Below the pieces are notes generated by a model. It was not told where the DNA came from. It saw nothing but the letters and a program-made list of their open reading frames with translations, and made no database searches. The translations under genes and the position numbers were made by a program. A stretch of 64,000 nucleotides of DNA from Candidatus Woesearchaeota archaeon (GTDB lineage Archaea; Nanobdellota; Nanobdellia; Pacearchaeales; UBA284). The stretch covers positions 40,306 through 104,305 of the forward strand of contig CAYNFE010000002.1 of assembly GCA_964396475.1 (NCBI GenBank), read 5' to 3'. Below are positions 17,732-26,386 of the stretch, one piece after another. Within the stretch, counting starts at the first letter, position 1. Each line of letters begins with the position of its first letter.

Positions 17732-19405
17732 ATGAAAAAAGAAATAGGTGAAAAGAAGATTCTTGCTTATGCTCTTGCTAATGCAATAACCCATGATGGT
17801 AAAGCACAAGTAGGAGCAGTATTACCAAAATTGTTCCAAGAGGGTTTAAGAAAAGAACAAATAAAATCTATTCTACCAAAAATCCAAAAAATAGTCAAGG
17901 AAGTTAACTCTTTAAACAAAAAAGAGCAAGAAGAAGAATTTCAAGAACTTAACAAACTAGTAAAAAAGAGAAAAGAAAGAGAGGGTCTACCACAATTGCC
18001 TAAAGCAAAAAAAGAAAAAGTGATTATGAGGCTTGCTCCTTATCCATCTGGACCTTTACATATTGGAAATGCTCGTCCTGTAATTCTTAATGATGAGTAT
18101 GTTAAGATGTATGGAGGTAAACTTTTTCTTGTTGTTGATGATACTATAGGAAGTGAAGAAAAAAAGATTGTCAAGGAAGCTTATAGATTAATCCCAGAAG
18201 GGCTTAATTGGTTAGATATTAAGTATAATAAAAAAATAATCTATAAATCAGATAGGTTAAAATTATATTACAAGCATGCTGAAGATTTGATAAAAAAAGA
18301 TAAGGCATATGTCTGTTTCTGTGATGCTGAAACCTTACATAAAAATAGATTTAAGGGAAAAGAGTGTGAACATCGTAAAGTAAGTCCAAAAGAAAACCTA
18401 AAACATTGGAAAGAGATGTTAGAAGGAAAATATAAAGAACATCAAGCCACACTTAGAATAAAGACAAGTATGAAAGATAAGAATCCTGCTTTCAGGGATA
18501 GGGTTCTTTTTAGAATATCAGAGAGAAAACATCCAAAGACGGGAAATAAATATAAAGTTTGGCCTATGCTTGAGATGAGTTGGGCTATAGATGATAAACT
18601 TCTTGGAATAACACATGTTTTGAGAGGAAAGGAATTAATGATTGAAACAGATATGGAAAAATATATCTTTGACATTTTTAAATGGAAATATCCTGAATTT
18701 ATTCACACAGGCCTTTTGCAATTTGAAGGAGCTAAATTAAGTAAGAGCAAATCTCAGAAGGAAATTGCAACAGGAAAATATTTTGGTTGGGATGATCCTA
18801 GAACATGGTCTCTGCAATCTTTAAAAAGAAGAGGTATAAAGAAAGAAGCACTTAGAGTATTCATATTACAATTTGGAATAACTCAGACAGAAATAACTGT
18901 GCCTATAGAAGCCCTCTATAAAGAAAACAAAAAATTTGTCGAATCAAGTGATAGATATTTTTTTATTGCAGATCCTGTAAAGATAAGAATAAAAGATGCT
19001 GAGAAATTAAAAACAAAAATGCATTTACATCCAGATTATTCTAAGAGAGGGGATAGAAATTTTACAACATATCAAGATTTCTATATTTCCAAAGATGACT
19101 ATAAAAAAATTAGTAAGGGAAAAACATATCGTTTTATGAATCTGTTTAATTTTAAGAATTTCAAGTTCGTTTCTAAGGAACATAAACCAGAACTAGGAGC
19201 TAAACTCATTCATTGGCTTCCTATACAAAAAGATTTAGTCAAGACAGAAATATTGATGCCTGATTCAATAGTTATGAAAGGTCTGGCTGAGAATGGAATC
19301 AGGAAATTAAAAGCTGGAGAAATAATACAATTCGAGCGTTTTGGATTTTGTCGTTTTGATAGAAAAGAAAAAGATAAGTTTGTTTTCTGGTTCAGTCATA
19401 GATAA
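17732..19405 (+). CDS. gltX: glutamyl-tRNA synthetase (archaeal type)
   Basis: RLAPYPSGPLHIGN, THVLRG, KLSKS, GWDDPR, QFERFGF. Confidence 0.95.
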   Translation: MKKEIGEKKILAYALANAITHDGKAQVGAVLPKLFQEGLRKEQIKSILPKIQKIVKEVNSLNKKEQEEEFQELNKLVKKRKEREGLPQLPKAKKEKVIMRLAPYPSGPLHIGNARPVILNDEYVKMYGGKLFLVVDDTIGSEEKKIVKEAYRLIPEGLNWLDIKYNKKIIYKSDRLKLYYKHAEDLIKKDKAYVCFCDAETLHKNRFKGKECEHRKVSPKENLKHWKEMLEGKYKEHQATLRIKTSMKDKNPAFRDRVLFRISERKHPKTGNKYKVWPMLEMSWAIDDKLLGITHVLRGKELMIETDMEKYIFDIFKWKYPEFIHTGLLQFEGAKLSKSKSQKEIATGKYFGWDDPRTWSLQSLKRRGIKKEALRVFILQFGITQTEITVPIEALYKENKKFVESSDRYFFIADPVKIRIKDAEKLKTKMHLHPDYSKRGDRNFTTYQDFYISKDDYKKISKGKTYRFMNLFNFKNFKFVSKEHKPELGAKLIHWLPIQKDLVKTEILMPDSIVMKGLAENGIRKLKAGEIIQFERFGFCRFDRKEKDKFVFWFSHR

Positions 19406-19454
19406 GATAAAAAAATAGGAAAGTTTTTAATAATCTTACTTTTTCTAACACAAC

Positions 19455-21545
19455 ATGAGTCATATACTAGTAATATGTGAGAAGCCACAAGCAGCCATGA
19501 AAATAGCCTATGCTTTAGCTGAAATTGCTCCTGTAAAAAGAAATATTGCTGGTGTTCCATACTGGGAAGTTAATAGAGGTAAGGAGAAGTTTATTGTTGT
19601 TAGTGCTGTCGGACATTTATTTGGCCTTGTCCAGAAAAACACTAGCAAGGATTGGCCTGTTTTTGATATTGAATGGAAAGCTTATAGTGGTTTTGTAAAA
19701 AAATATATTAATGTTATTTCACACTTTTCCAAAGAAGCATCTGATTTTATAATTGCATGTGATTATGATGTTGAAGGAGAATTAATTGGCTTTAATGCTC
19801 TTAGATTTTTATGTGAGAAAGAAGATGCTAAGAGAATGAAATTTTCAACTCTCACTAAACTAGATCTAATCAAAAGTTATAAAGATATCATGCCACATGT
19901 AGATTTTGGACAGGCTTATGCTGGTGAAACAAGACACCATCTAGACTGGTTCTATGGCATTAATCTTAGCAGGGCATTAATGCAAGCTATGAAAAAAGCT
20001 GGAGCATTTAAGATTCTTAGCATTGGTCGCGTGCAAGGTCCAACTCTTGCATTAATTGTTTCTAAAGAAAAAGAAATCCAGGCATTCAAGTCAGAACCTT
20101 ACTGGAATGTCTTTCTTCTTGTAAAAAACAAACACGAATTAGAAGTAAAATATCCTAAAAATATCACAAAGAAAAAAGAAACTAAAGTTTTTGAAAAATT
20201 AAAAGGAAAAAGTGGGGAAGCAAAAACAGATAAGGAAGAAAAAAATCTATGGCCTTTTCCGCCTTTTGACTTAACTACACTACAAATAGAATCATATAAA
20301 CTCATTGGCCTTACACCTACACAAACTTTGGCTGTAGCACAAAAACTCTATCTAAGAGGTTTAATAAGTTATCCAAGAACTTCTTCTCAGAAGCTACCTT
20401 TTACCATAGGATATAAAAGAATTCTAGATAAATTGGACAGAATCTATCCAAAATTAACTGTTCATGCTAAAAGAAGTAGACCTGTTGAGGGAAGAAAAAT
20501 AGATCCAGCACATCCAGCTATTTATCCAACAGGAGAAAAATTCAAAAAAATAACTCAAACAGAAAAACAGGTTTATAATTTAATTGTTAAGAGATTTATT
20601 TCGTGCTTTAGTGAAGATGCTATCATAGAACATAAGAAGATAACTATAAATATTGATAAATATGAATTTACTGCTCAGGGCAAACAAATTCTGAATAAAG
20701 GCTGGCTTAATATTTACCCAGCAAAAATAGAGACTAAAGAAATTCCTGATATGAATGGAAAGATTAAAGTTAAAGATGTAAGAATAGAGGAAAAAGAGAC
20801 TCAACCTCCAAGACGTTATAGTGCTTCTAGTCTCATTTCAGAATTAGAAAAAAGAGAGTTAGGAACAAAAGCAACTAGAGCTAATATTATTGATACTCTC
20901 TATAAAAGAAATTATATTACAGGCAGGCAGATAGAAGCAACAAAACTTGGAATGAATGTTGCTCTTGCTTTAGAAAAAAACTGTCCATCGATACTTGATG
21001 AAAAGCTTACAAGAAAATTTGAAGAAGAGATGGATAGTATAAGAGGGGGAAAATCAGTAGAGAAAATAAAGAAGAAAGAAAAGAAAATTATTGATGAAGC
21101 TAAACAAATTCTAACAAAAATATCAAAACAATTTAAGGAACATGAAGAGGAGATAGGGAAAGAGCTTCTTTCTGCGCATAAAGAAATCATGAAAGAACAG
21201 AAAAAAGCAAACACATTATTTTTATGTCCTGTATGCAAGAAAGGTAATCTTATTATGTTAAGAAGCAAAAGGGGCAAGAGATTTGCGGGTTGTGATAAGT
21301 ATCCTAAATGTAAAACAACCTTTCCTCTTCCACAGTATGGCTTGATTAAAGTGAGTGATAAAAAATGTAATAATTGTGGTTTCCCACTTCTTATTCTTAT
21401 CAGGAAGGGTAGACCCCCATGGGAATTTTGTTTTAATCCTGCATGTTATAAAACTGCAGATAAGACAGATAAAACAAAAGTAAAAAAAACTAGAAAAAAA
21501 GTTGGAACTAAAAAAAGAAAAAAGAAAAAGAAATCTAAAAAATAA
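19455..21545 (+). CDS. topA: type IA DNA topoisomerase with C-terminal zinc ribbons
   Basis: EKP, DYDVEGE, GRVQGP, ISYPRT, GTKATR, C4 zinc ribbons, Lys-rich tail. Confidence 0.95.
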   Translation: MSHILVICEKPQAAMKIAYALAEIAPVKRNIAGVPYWEVNRGKEKFIVVSAVGHLFGLVQKNTSKDWPVFDIEWKAYSGFVKKYINVISHFSKEASDFIIACDYDVEGELIGFNALRFLCEKEDAKRMKFSTLTKLDLIKSYKDIMPHVDFGQAYAGETRHHLDWFYGINLSRALMQAMKKAGAFKILSIGRVQGPTLALIVSKEKEIQAFKSEPYWNVFLLVKNKHELEVKYPKNITKKKETKVFEKLKGKSGEAKTDKEEKNLWPFPPFDLTTLQIESYKLIGLTPTQTLAVAQKLYLRGLISYPRTSSQKLPFTIGYKRILDKLDRIYPKLTVHAKRSRPVEGRKIDPAHPAIYPTGEKFKKITQTEKQVYNLIVKRFISCFSEDAIIEHKKITINIDKYEFTAQGKQILNKGWLNIYPAKIETKEIPDMNGKIKVKDVRIEEKETQPPRRYSASSLISELEKRELGTKATRANIIDTLYKRNYITGRQIEATKLGMNVALALEKNCPSILDEKLTRKFEEEMDSIRGGKSVEKIKKKEKKIIDEAKQILTKISKQFKEHEEEIGKELLSAHKEIMKEQKKANTLFLCPVCKKGNLIMLRSKRGKRFAGCDKYPKCKTTFPLPQYGLIKVSDKKCNNCGFPLLILIRKGRPPWEFCFNPACYKTADKTDKTKVKKTRKKVGTKKRKKKKKSKK

Positions 21546-22442
21546 TTATCTTATGATTGTTACTTTCTTTGGCTTTTGTATCTTATATTTATCAGGAACT
21601 ACAAAATAAATTCCTGAAGATATATCTGCTTTTCTTAAGTCTAGTCTATCTGAATTAATGCTTAAGACTTTCTTACCAGAAGCATCATATAAGAAGCCTT
21701 CAATATTCTTTCCAAATGTTAAGTAGTTAGTTGCTGGATTTGGTTTTATGATTAAAGATTCATGTAATTTGTTTTCTAAATTTTCTTTTATCCCTGTTGA
21801 TTGAAACTTTATTGTGTCAGCAACTAATTGTGCTTGCCCAAGAGCTGTATCGACTTCAAAAGTGACTGGAATTATTGTTGAACCTTTTGTGAATTCTGTT
21901 GTGATTGAATCTCCAGGTTCTATATCTAAAGCTCCAATAGGATAAGCATGGAAAAAATGTCCATTCAATGCAGTATCTAATGCTGTAGTACATTGTAATG
22001 CAGGATTGTTATTTTTATAAGATATTGCTAGTATTGGATCTGTTAGACCTGTTTCATCTATAAGTTTTCTTACATTTGGTGCATGCTCTAACAATGTATC
22101 AGACTGATTGTCATAGAATAATTCTAGTCCTTTTGATACATCATCATTTATAATCACCTTACCAAATACCCTGTTATTACCATTCCATGTTTCATTGCTA
22201 ATCGTATCTCCCATATGTGGCCAAGGAGTCCATCCGCCATGGAATGGAAGATAAATCTTTCCCTGCTCATTAGGAGAACCATATGTCTCTCCAGGTAATC
22301 CCTGTCTCCAAGATTTTGTAGTATCTTGTGGAGATGAATCATTTACATATCTAGTAATAGCTGTCACTGCTTCAGAAATTGTTGGTATTAGAATTAAACC
22401 TGCAGCTGTCAAAGCCAAAGCTGTTTTGGTTTTATTTTCCAT
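21546..22442 (-). CDS. secreted protein with T9SS type-A-like C-terminal sorting domain
   Basis: Signal peptide MENKTKTALALTAAGLILIPTISEA; C-terminus IKPNPATNY...LYDASGKKV...SSGIYFV...KKVTIIR. Start set at the second Met. Confidence 0.7.
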   Translation of the reverse strand: MENKTKTALALTAAGLILIPTISEAVTAITRYVNDSSPQDTTKSWRQGLPGETYGSPNEQGKIYLPFHGGWTPWPHMGDTISNETWNGNNRVFGKVIINDDVSKGLELFYDNQSDTLLEHAPNVRKLIDETGLTDPILAISYKNNNPALQCTTALDTALNGHFFHAYPIGALDIEPGDSITTEFTKGSTIIPVTFEVDTALGQAQLVADTIKFQSTGIKENLENKLHESLIIKPNPATNYLTFGKNIEGFLYDASGKKVLSINSDRLDLRKADISSGIYFVVPDKYKIQKPKKVTIIR

Positions 22443-22507
22443 CAATCTAGTAAAGCCTTTATATTTATAAACATTTCGTTTTGTTGTCATTTAAAAGTAA
22501 GTTTAAA

Positions 22508-23242
22508 TCAAAAGAATCTAAAGAATTTACGTTTTTGTTTTTCACTAAAAATTCCTTTATTTATTATCATAAAAATAAGTTCTTTTTCAGGCAAGCTTCT
22601 GTGTTTTTTCAGTATTGCTCTTTTTTTATTCTGACCTAGATTCTGAAGTTCAATAATGCATTTACTCCAGTATTTCATTATATCCCCACCGACCATAGAT
22701 ACTGGTTTTGGTTTTCCAGCTTCAAAATCCTCTCTTGAAATAAATTCACTATATACTTGGTCTGTTATTAAGACAGGTATTTGTTTTTTTCTTGCTATCT
22801 CATTAAGAATTCTCATTTGTCTAGTAAGGCTTCTATTAATGATATTAATCTTTTCCTTGTCTTTTTCTTGATTTGCCTGTCCAAGCTCTAACCTATATAG
22901 CATAACCATACTATCTACAACAATCAAACCAATATCTTCCTTTATCAAGTCTAGAAGTCTATTGAAAGCCTCCCTCTGCTCAGAAAAATTTGTTGCTTTG
23001 AGCAAGAAAATATTTTTCATAATATTTGTTGAAATTAGTTGTTGTAATCTTGAGACAGAGAAACCACCTTCTGTATCAATATATACAACTTTTTTATCTT
23101 GGGCAGCTATGACTGCTGCCGCCATTAAACATAAGTTTGTCTTACCACTTCCTGCTGGCCCATAAAAAGTTGTGATTATATCTTTGTCATATCCACCTAC
23201 AAGCCATTCATCTAAATAATGAGACCCAGTTGAAATCTTCAT
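22508..23242 (-). CDS. radB: DNA repair and recombination protein RadB
   Basis: ISTG..LD..L.GG, GPAGSGKT, YIDTEGG, VVDS, KHR; lacks the RadA N-terminal domain. Confidence 0.92.
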   Translation of the reverse strand: MKISTGSHYLDEWLVGGYDKDIITTFYGPAGSGKTNLCLMAAAVIAAQDKKVVYIDTEGGFSVSRLQQLISTNIMKNIFLLKATNFSEQREAFNRLLDLIKEDIGLIVVDSMVMLYRLELGQANQEKDKEKINIINRSLTRQMRILNEIARKKQIPVLITDQVYSEFISREDFEAGKPKPVSMVGGDIMKYWSKCIIELQNLGQNKKRAILKKHRSLPEKELIFMIINKGIFSEKQKRKFFRFF

Positions 23243-23346
23243 TTTAATCCTAAACTAAACAAGAAAAGTTAAGAAAAGTTAATAAGTTTTGTTATACAGG
23301 AACGTAAGGTTTATAAAAAACAAATTTAATAATAAGATATTGAAAG

Positions 23347-23730
23347 ATGAAAGAAATAATTCCTCCAAAAATTTCAATTGATGAGTTTAGAGTCGAGACT
23401 TTAAATCTTGGCAAGAAAATATTAGATGTTTCTTTTAACTATAATATAACAATAGAAAACTTAAGTGATAATGGAAAAATGTATAGGAGATTTATGCTTG
23501 GAGACAATGTCATAAATTTTATTATTGAAATAATGGGTGATTTGAAAAAAGTGGCAGGAACAAACATTGCTGAGATTAAAGATCATGAAGAGATAAAGGA
23601 AAAATTAGTAAATACTATGGATAGAATACTATTAGAAATTAATGATCTTTCTAAAATAAAAGATCATGAGAAATTTATGAAAGCGTTTAATAGAATTAAT
23701 TGTTATAAGATAGGTTTTGCTGAAGCCTAG
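23347..23730 (+). CDS. hypothetical protein
   Basis: ATG ORF with TATA upstream. Confidence 0.65.
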   Translation: MKEIIPPKISIDEFRVETLNLGKKILDVSFNYNITIENLSDNGKMYRRFMLGDNVINFIIEIMGDLKKVAGTNIAEIKDHEEIKEKLVNTMDRILLEINDLSKIKDHEKFMKAFNRINCYKIGFAEA

Positions 23731-24317
23731 GTTTTTATTTCAACTTCTTTTTTTGGTTCTTTCTCAGAAAAAATTTGAGCTTGAAATCTGAAAATCTTAG
23801 TTTCTGGTTTAATCCAAGCATCTATAGGCAAGCCAGCTTTGACACACGTTGCTTTCATAAATTCTAAAGTATTCCATTTTTGTTCTACTGGCACTTGAGG
23901 CAATAGTAAGCCAGAAAAATGAAATGTCTGAACAATTAAACCATGTTTTCCTAGCTCAATCTCTTTTAGAATATCTTGACCCTTGGCTTTAATTTGTTTT
24001 GGAACTGTAAGCACAGATATTTCTATTACTATCTTATCAATTTCTTCTTTTTCTAAAGGTATAAATCTTGGGTCAGAAAAAGCAGCTGCTCTTGCTGCCT
24101 CAACAACTGCCTCAGCTAGAGGTTTGATAGGATAAGGAAAACCTATACATCCGCGAAGTTCATGAGAAGGAAATTTATTTAGTGTAACAAAAACACCTTG
24201 ACTCTTTGGGAATTCTTTTTTTTCTTCATCAAAATCTATTTCTTGATCTAAAAAGTAAGATTCTATAGAATTTCTTGCTAAACTTATTAATCTAAAACCT
24301 TGATCTAGAGATAACAT
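23727..24317 (-). CDS. AMMECR1 family protein
   Basis: GVFVTL, LRGCIG, DPRF, EISVL, GLLLPQV, C.KAG. Start moved to ATG 24317. Confidence 0.92.
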   Translation of the reverse strand: MLSLDQGFRLISLARNSIESYFLDQEIDFDEEKKEFPKSQGVFVTLNKFPSHELRGCIGFPYPIKPLAEAVVEAARAAAFSDPRFIPLEKEEIDKIVIEISVLTVPKQIKAKGQDILKEIELGKHGLIVQTFHFSGLLLPQVPVEQKWNTLEFMKATCVKAGLPIDAWIKPETKIFRFQAQIFSEKEPKKEVEIKT

Positions 24318-24319
24318 TT

Positions 24320-24412
24320 TAAATGCCCCTGCCGGGGTGGCAAAACCCCAATTTTTTGACAATGCCCATGTGGGGATTCGACTTTGTGGCAATGCCCCAT
24401 GAGAGATTTGAC
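24320..24412 (-). repeat. three tandem copies of a tRNA-Glu 3'-end-derived site (AATGCCCC-N6-GATTYGA)
   Basis: Copies at 24322-24343, 24361-24382 and 24391-24412; 24320-24336 matches 26154-26170 at 16/17 nt. Confidence 0.8.
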
Positions 24413-24501
24413 CTATTGGTTATACTTCAAGCTATTTTCTTGCTTTTACCTCTCTTTTTATTATGTTAATGATAAAAAGATATACTAGTATAAATAATCT
24501 G

Positions 24502-25068
24502 CTATTTTTCCTTACATATTTGATGATCTAATTCGAAGTTAAATAATATTATGTCATATAAAACGCTAGGTGTTAATCCTTCCTCTAGGTATTCATTGTA
24601 ATATAAAATTACCATTGGATCTGGACTTGATTTCTGAAATTCTTTTTTTGCGTGTCCTTCCCATGTCAAAAACTCAATAGAATTCTTTAATTTTTCTTCA
24701 TCATAGTCCTCTCCACTCCACGCACGATATAAATCAATATTCATTCTATATAAACACCTTTTAGTCGGCTCAATAATCATCACACCAAAATTATCAACAT
24801 TTGGACAATATGTATTCAAGGCAATAAACCCAGAATCTACTTGATCCTCTCGATCTCCATAAGTTTCCATTTCTAAATATCCTTCATTAGTAATATCATA
24901 ATCACAAAAAATGCTATTTACCTCATATCCTTGATCTTCTAAGAATTTCTCCTGTCTACTTTTGCCAATATCCATTGGATTATTTATGATAATTAAAGCT
25001 ATTATAACTCCAATTAATATCCACACCCATATTGGAATCTTTTTAACTTTTTCTTTTTTCATATTCAA
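24502..25068 (-). CDS. membrane-anchored hypothetical protein (island cargo)
   Basis: N-terminal TM helix; acidic Cys-containing ectodomain. Confidence 0.7.
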   Translation of the reverse strand: MNMKKEKVKKIPIWVWILIGVIIALIIINNPMDIGKSRQEKFLEDQGYEVNSIFCDYDITNEGYLEMETYGDREDQVDSGFIALNTYCPNVDNFGVMIIEPTKRCLYRMNIDLYRAWSGEDYDEEKLKNSIEFLTWEGHAKKEFQKSSPDPMVILYYNEYLEEGLTPSVLYDIILFNFELDHQICKEK

Positions 25069-25139
25069 TCTAATAAAAAGTTGTTTAAATAGTTTACCGA
25101 TGACAGAAAATTCTAAATAATGTTGATCTATTGTTTTTT

Positions 25140-26036
25140 ATGGAAAAAATATGTGCTTTATGTGAAAAAGGAGGAGTTTTGTGTAATAGCCATGTCATAC
25201 CAAAATTTGTAACAGATTGGATAAAGGAAACTTCTGTAACAAAAGGGCTTAGGAATGCTAATGCTCCAAATAAAAGAATTGAAGATGGTGTAAAAGAACA
25301 ATTACTGTGTAAAGACTGCGAAAAATTATTTTCTAAATATGAAACATATTTTGCCAATAAAATATTTCACCCTTTCTTAAATGGCCAGGAGCAATTTACA
25401 TTTAACGAAAATTTAAATAAATTTATTACTTCTATTTCTTGGAGACTTCTTAAAACATCTATGGATTCTTATTGTAAGTCCTTTCCAAAATTCAAAAAGA
25501 GTATAGAACAAGCAGAAAAAAATTGGAGAGAATATCTTTTAGGAAATTCTCAGCTGAAATTCCAAAACCATATGTTTTTCTTTAAGGAAAATAGATTGAA
25601 CTATAAAAAGGTTGATAAGAATTTTCTTTGGTATATGCAGAGAGCAATTGATGGGACTATAGCAACTGGAAATGATGTGCTTTTTGTCTATTTCAAATTT
25701 CCAAATGTTTTCTTTGTATCTACAATAAAACCTTTAGATTTTTTAGGTGGAGGAGAAGCACTAATGGAAGCAGAAAAAGGAGTTTTTATTGTGGGGGGTG
25801 GGAGCAATTTAATAAAGAAAGGAAGGTCTATTAAGGTGAGAAATTTAGCTTTTTATCCATCATTTGAAGACTTTTTATTAAGTAGAGTGAGGGAAGCATT
25901 TTCTAAAAAAATCTCTGAAAAACAAATTAAGAAAATTAGATCCTTACTAGAGAAGAACAATTCTAGAATGTTGGGATCAAAAACATTTACGGCATTTTTG
26001 GATGCAAAAAAAATAGAAGAAGATAAAGAAGGATAG
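25140..26036 (+). CDS. zinc-binding HNH-like protein (island cargo)
   Basis: CALC...NSHVIPKF...LLCKDCE treble-clef/HNH-like N-terminus; ATG 25140. Confidence 0.6.
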   Translation: MEKICALCEKGGVLCNSHVIPKFVTDWIKETSVTKGLRNANAPNKRIEDGVKEQLLCKDCEKLFSKYETYFANKIFHPFLNGQEQFTFNENLNKFITSISWRLLKTSMDSYCKSFPKFKKSIEQAEKNWREYLLGNSQLKFQNHMFFFKENRLNYKKVDKNFLWYMQRAIDGTIATGNDVLFVYFKFPNVFFVSTIKPLDFLGGGEALMEAEKGVFIVGGGSNLIKKGRSIKVRNLAFYPSFEDFLLSRVREAFSKKISEKQIKKIRSLLEKNNSRMLGSKTFTAFLDAKKIEEDKEG

Positions 26037-26049
26037 TTCTTTTTTTTAA

Positions 26050-26142
26050 TTCAAATCCGTATTGGAGCATTGAATTTTTATGGATTCAATGCCCCGTCCA
26101 AGATTCGAATTATTTTTTGTTCACCCCATACGGAGATTTGAA
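26050..26142. repeat. three more tRNA-Glu 3'-end-derived sites, one inverted
   Basis: 26050-26071 TTCAAATC-CGTATT-GGAGCATT (inverted); 26088-26109 AATGCCCC-GTCCAA-GATTCGAA; 26120-26142 TTCACCCC-ATACGGA-GATTTGAA. Confidence 0.8.
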
Positions 26143-26157
26143 CAATTTATGCGTAAA

Positions 26158-26230
26158 TGCCCCTACCGGGATTCGAACCCGGGTCTAAGCCTCGAAAGGG
26201 CTTGATGCTTGGCCTCTACACCATAGGGGC
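26158..26230 (-). tRNA. tRNA-Glu(TTC)
   Basis: Acceptor GCCCCTA/TAGGGGC, anticodon arm AAGCC-CTTTCGA-GGCTT, T-arm CCGGG-TTCGAAT-CCCGG. Confidence 0.95.
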
Positions 26231-26233
26231 AAG

Positions 26234-26347
26234 TGGGCCCGCTGGGATTTGAACCCAGGACCCCTGGCTCTCTTAGAGTCATACAACCCTAGAATGGATT
26301 GTGGCCATATAAGACCAGTGCTCTAAACCAGGCTGAGCTACGGGCCC
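26234..26347 (-). tRNA. tRNA-Ile(TAT) with 38-nt intron at 37/38 (26270-26307)
   Basis: Acceptor GGGCCCG/CGGGCCC; CTGGT-CTTATA^A-GCCAG; BHB with CTTA/TAAG central helix and 3-nt bulges. Confidence 0.9.
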
Positions 26348-26386
26348 GATATTAAAGAGAACAATTCTTTATTTTTAAACCTTTTT

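Larger units (their letters stand above)
24320..26177. mobile_element. small genomic island at the tRNA-Glu 3' end; no integrase present
   Basis: Bounded by a 17-bp direct repeat of the tRNA 3' end; two accessory genes; several internal att-like sites. Confidence 0.7.

Noticed and set aside
24320..24412. CRISPR mini-array interpretation of the 30-39 bp periodic repeats
   Set aside because: Repeats derive from the tRNA-Glu 3' end, intervening sequences are only 8-17 nt, and no cas genes are present
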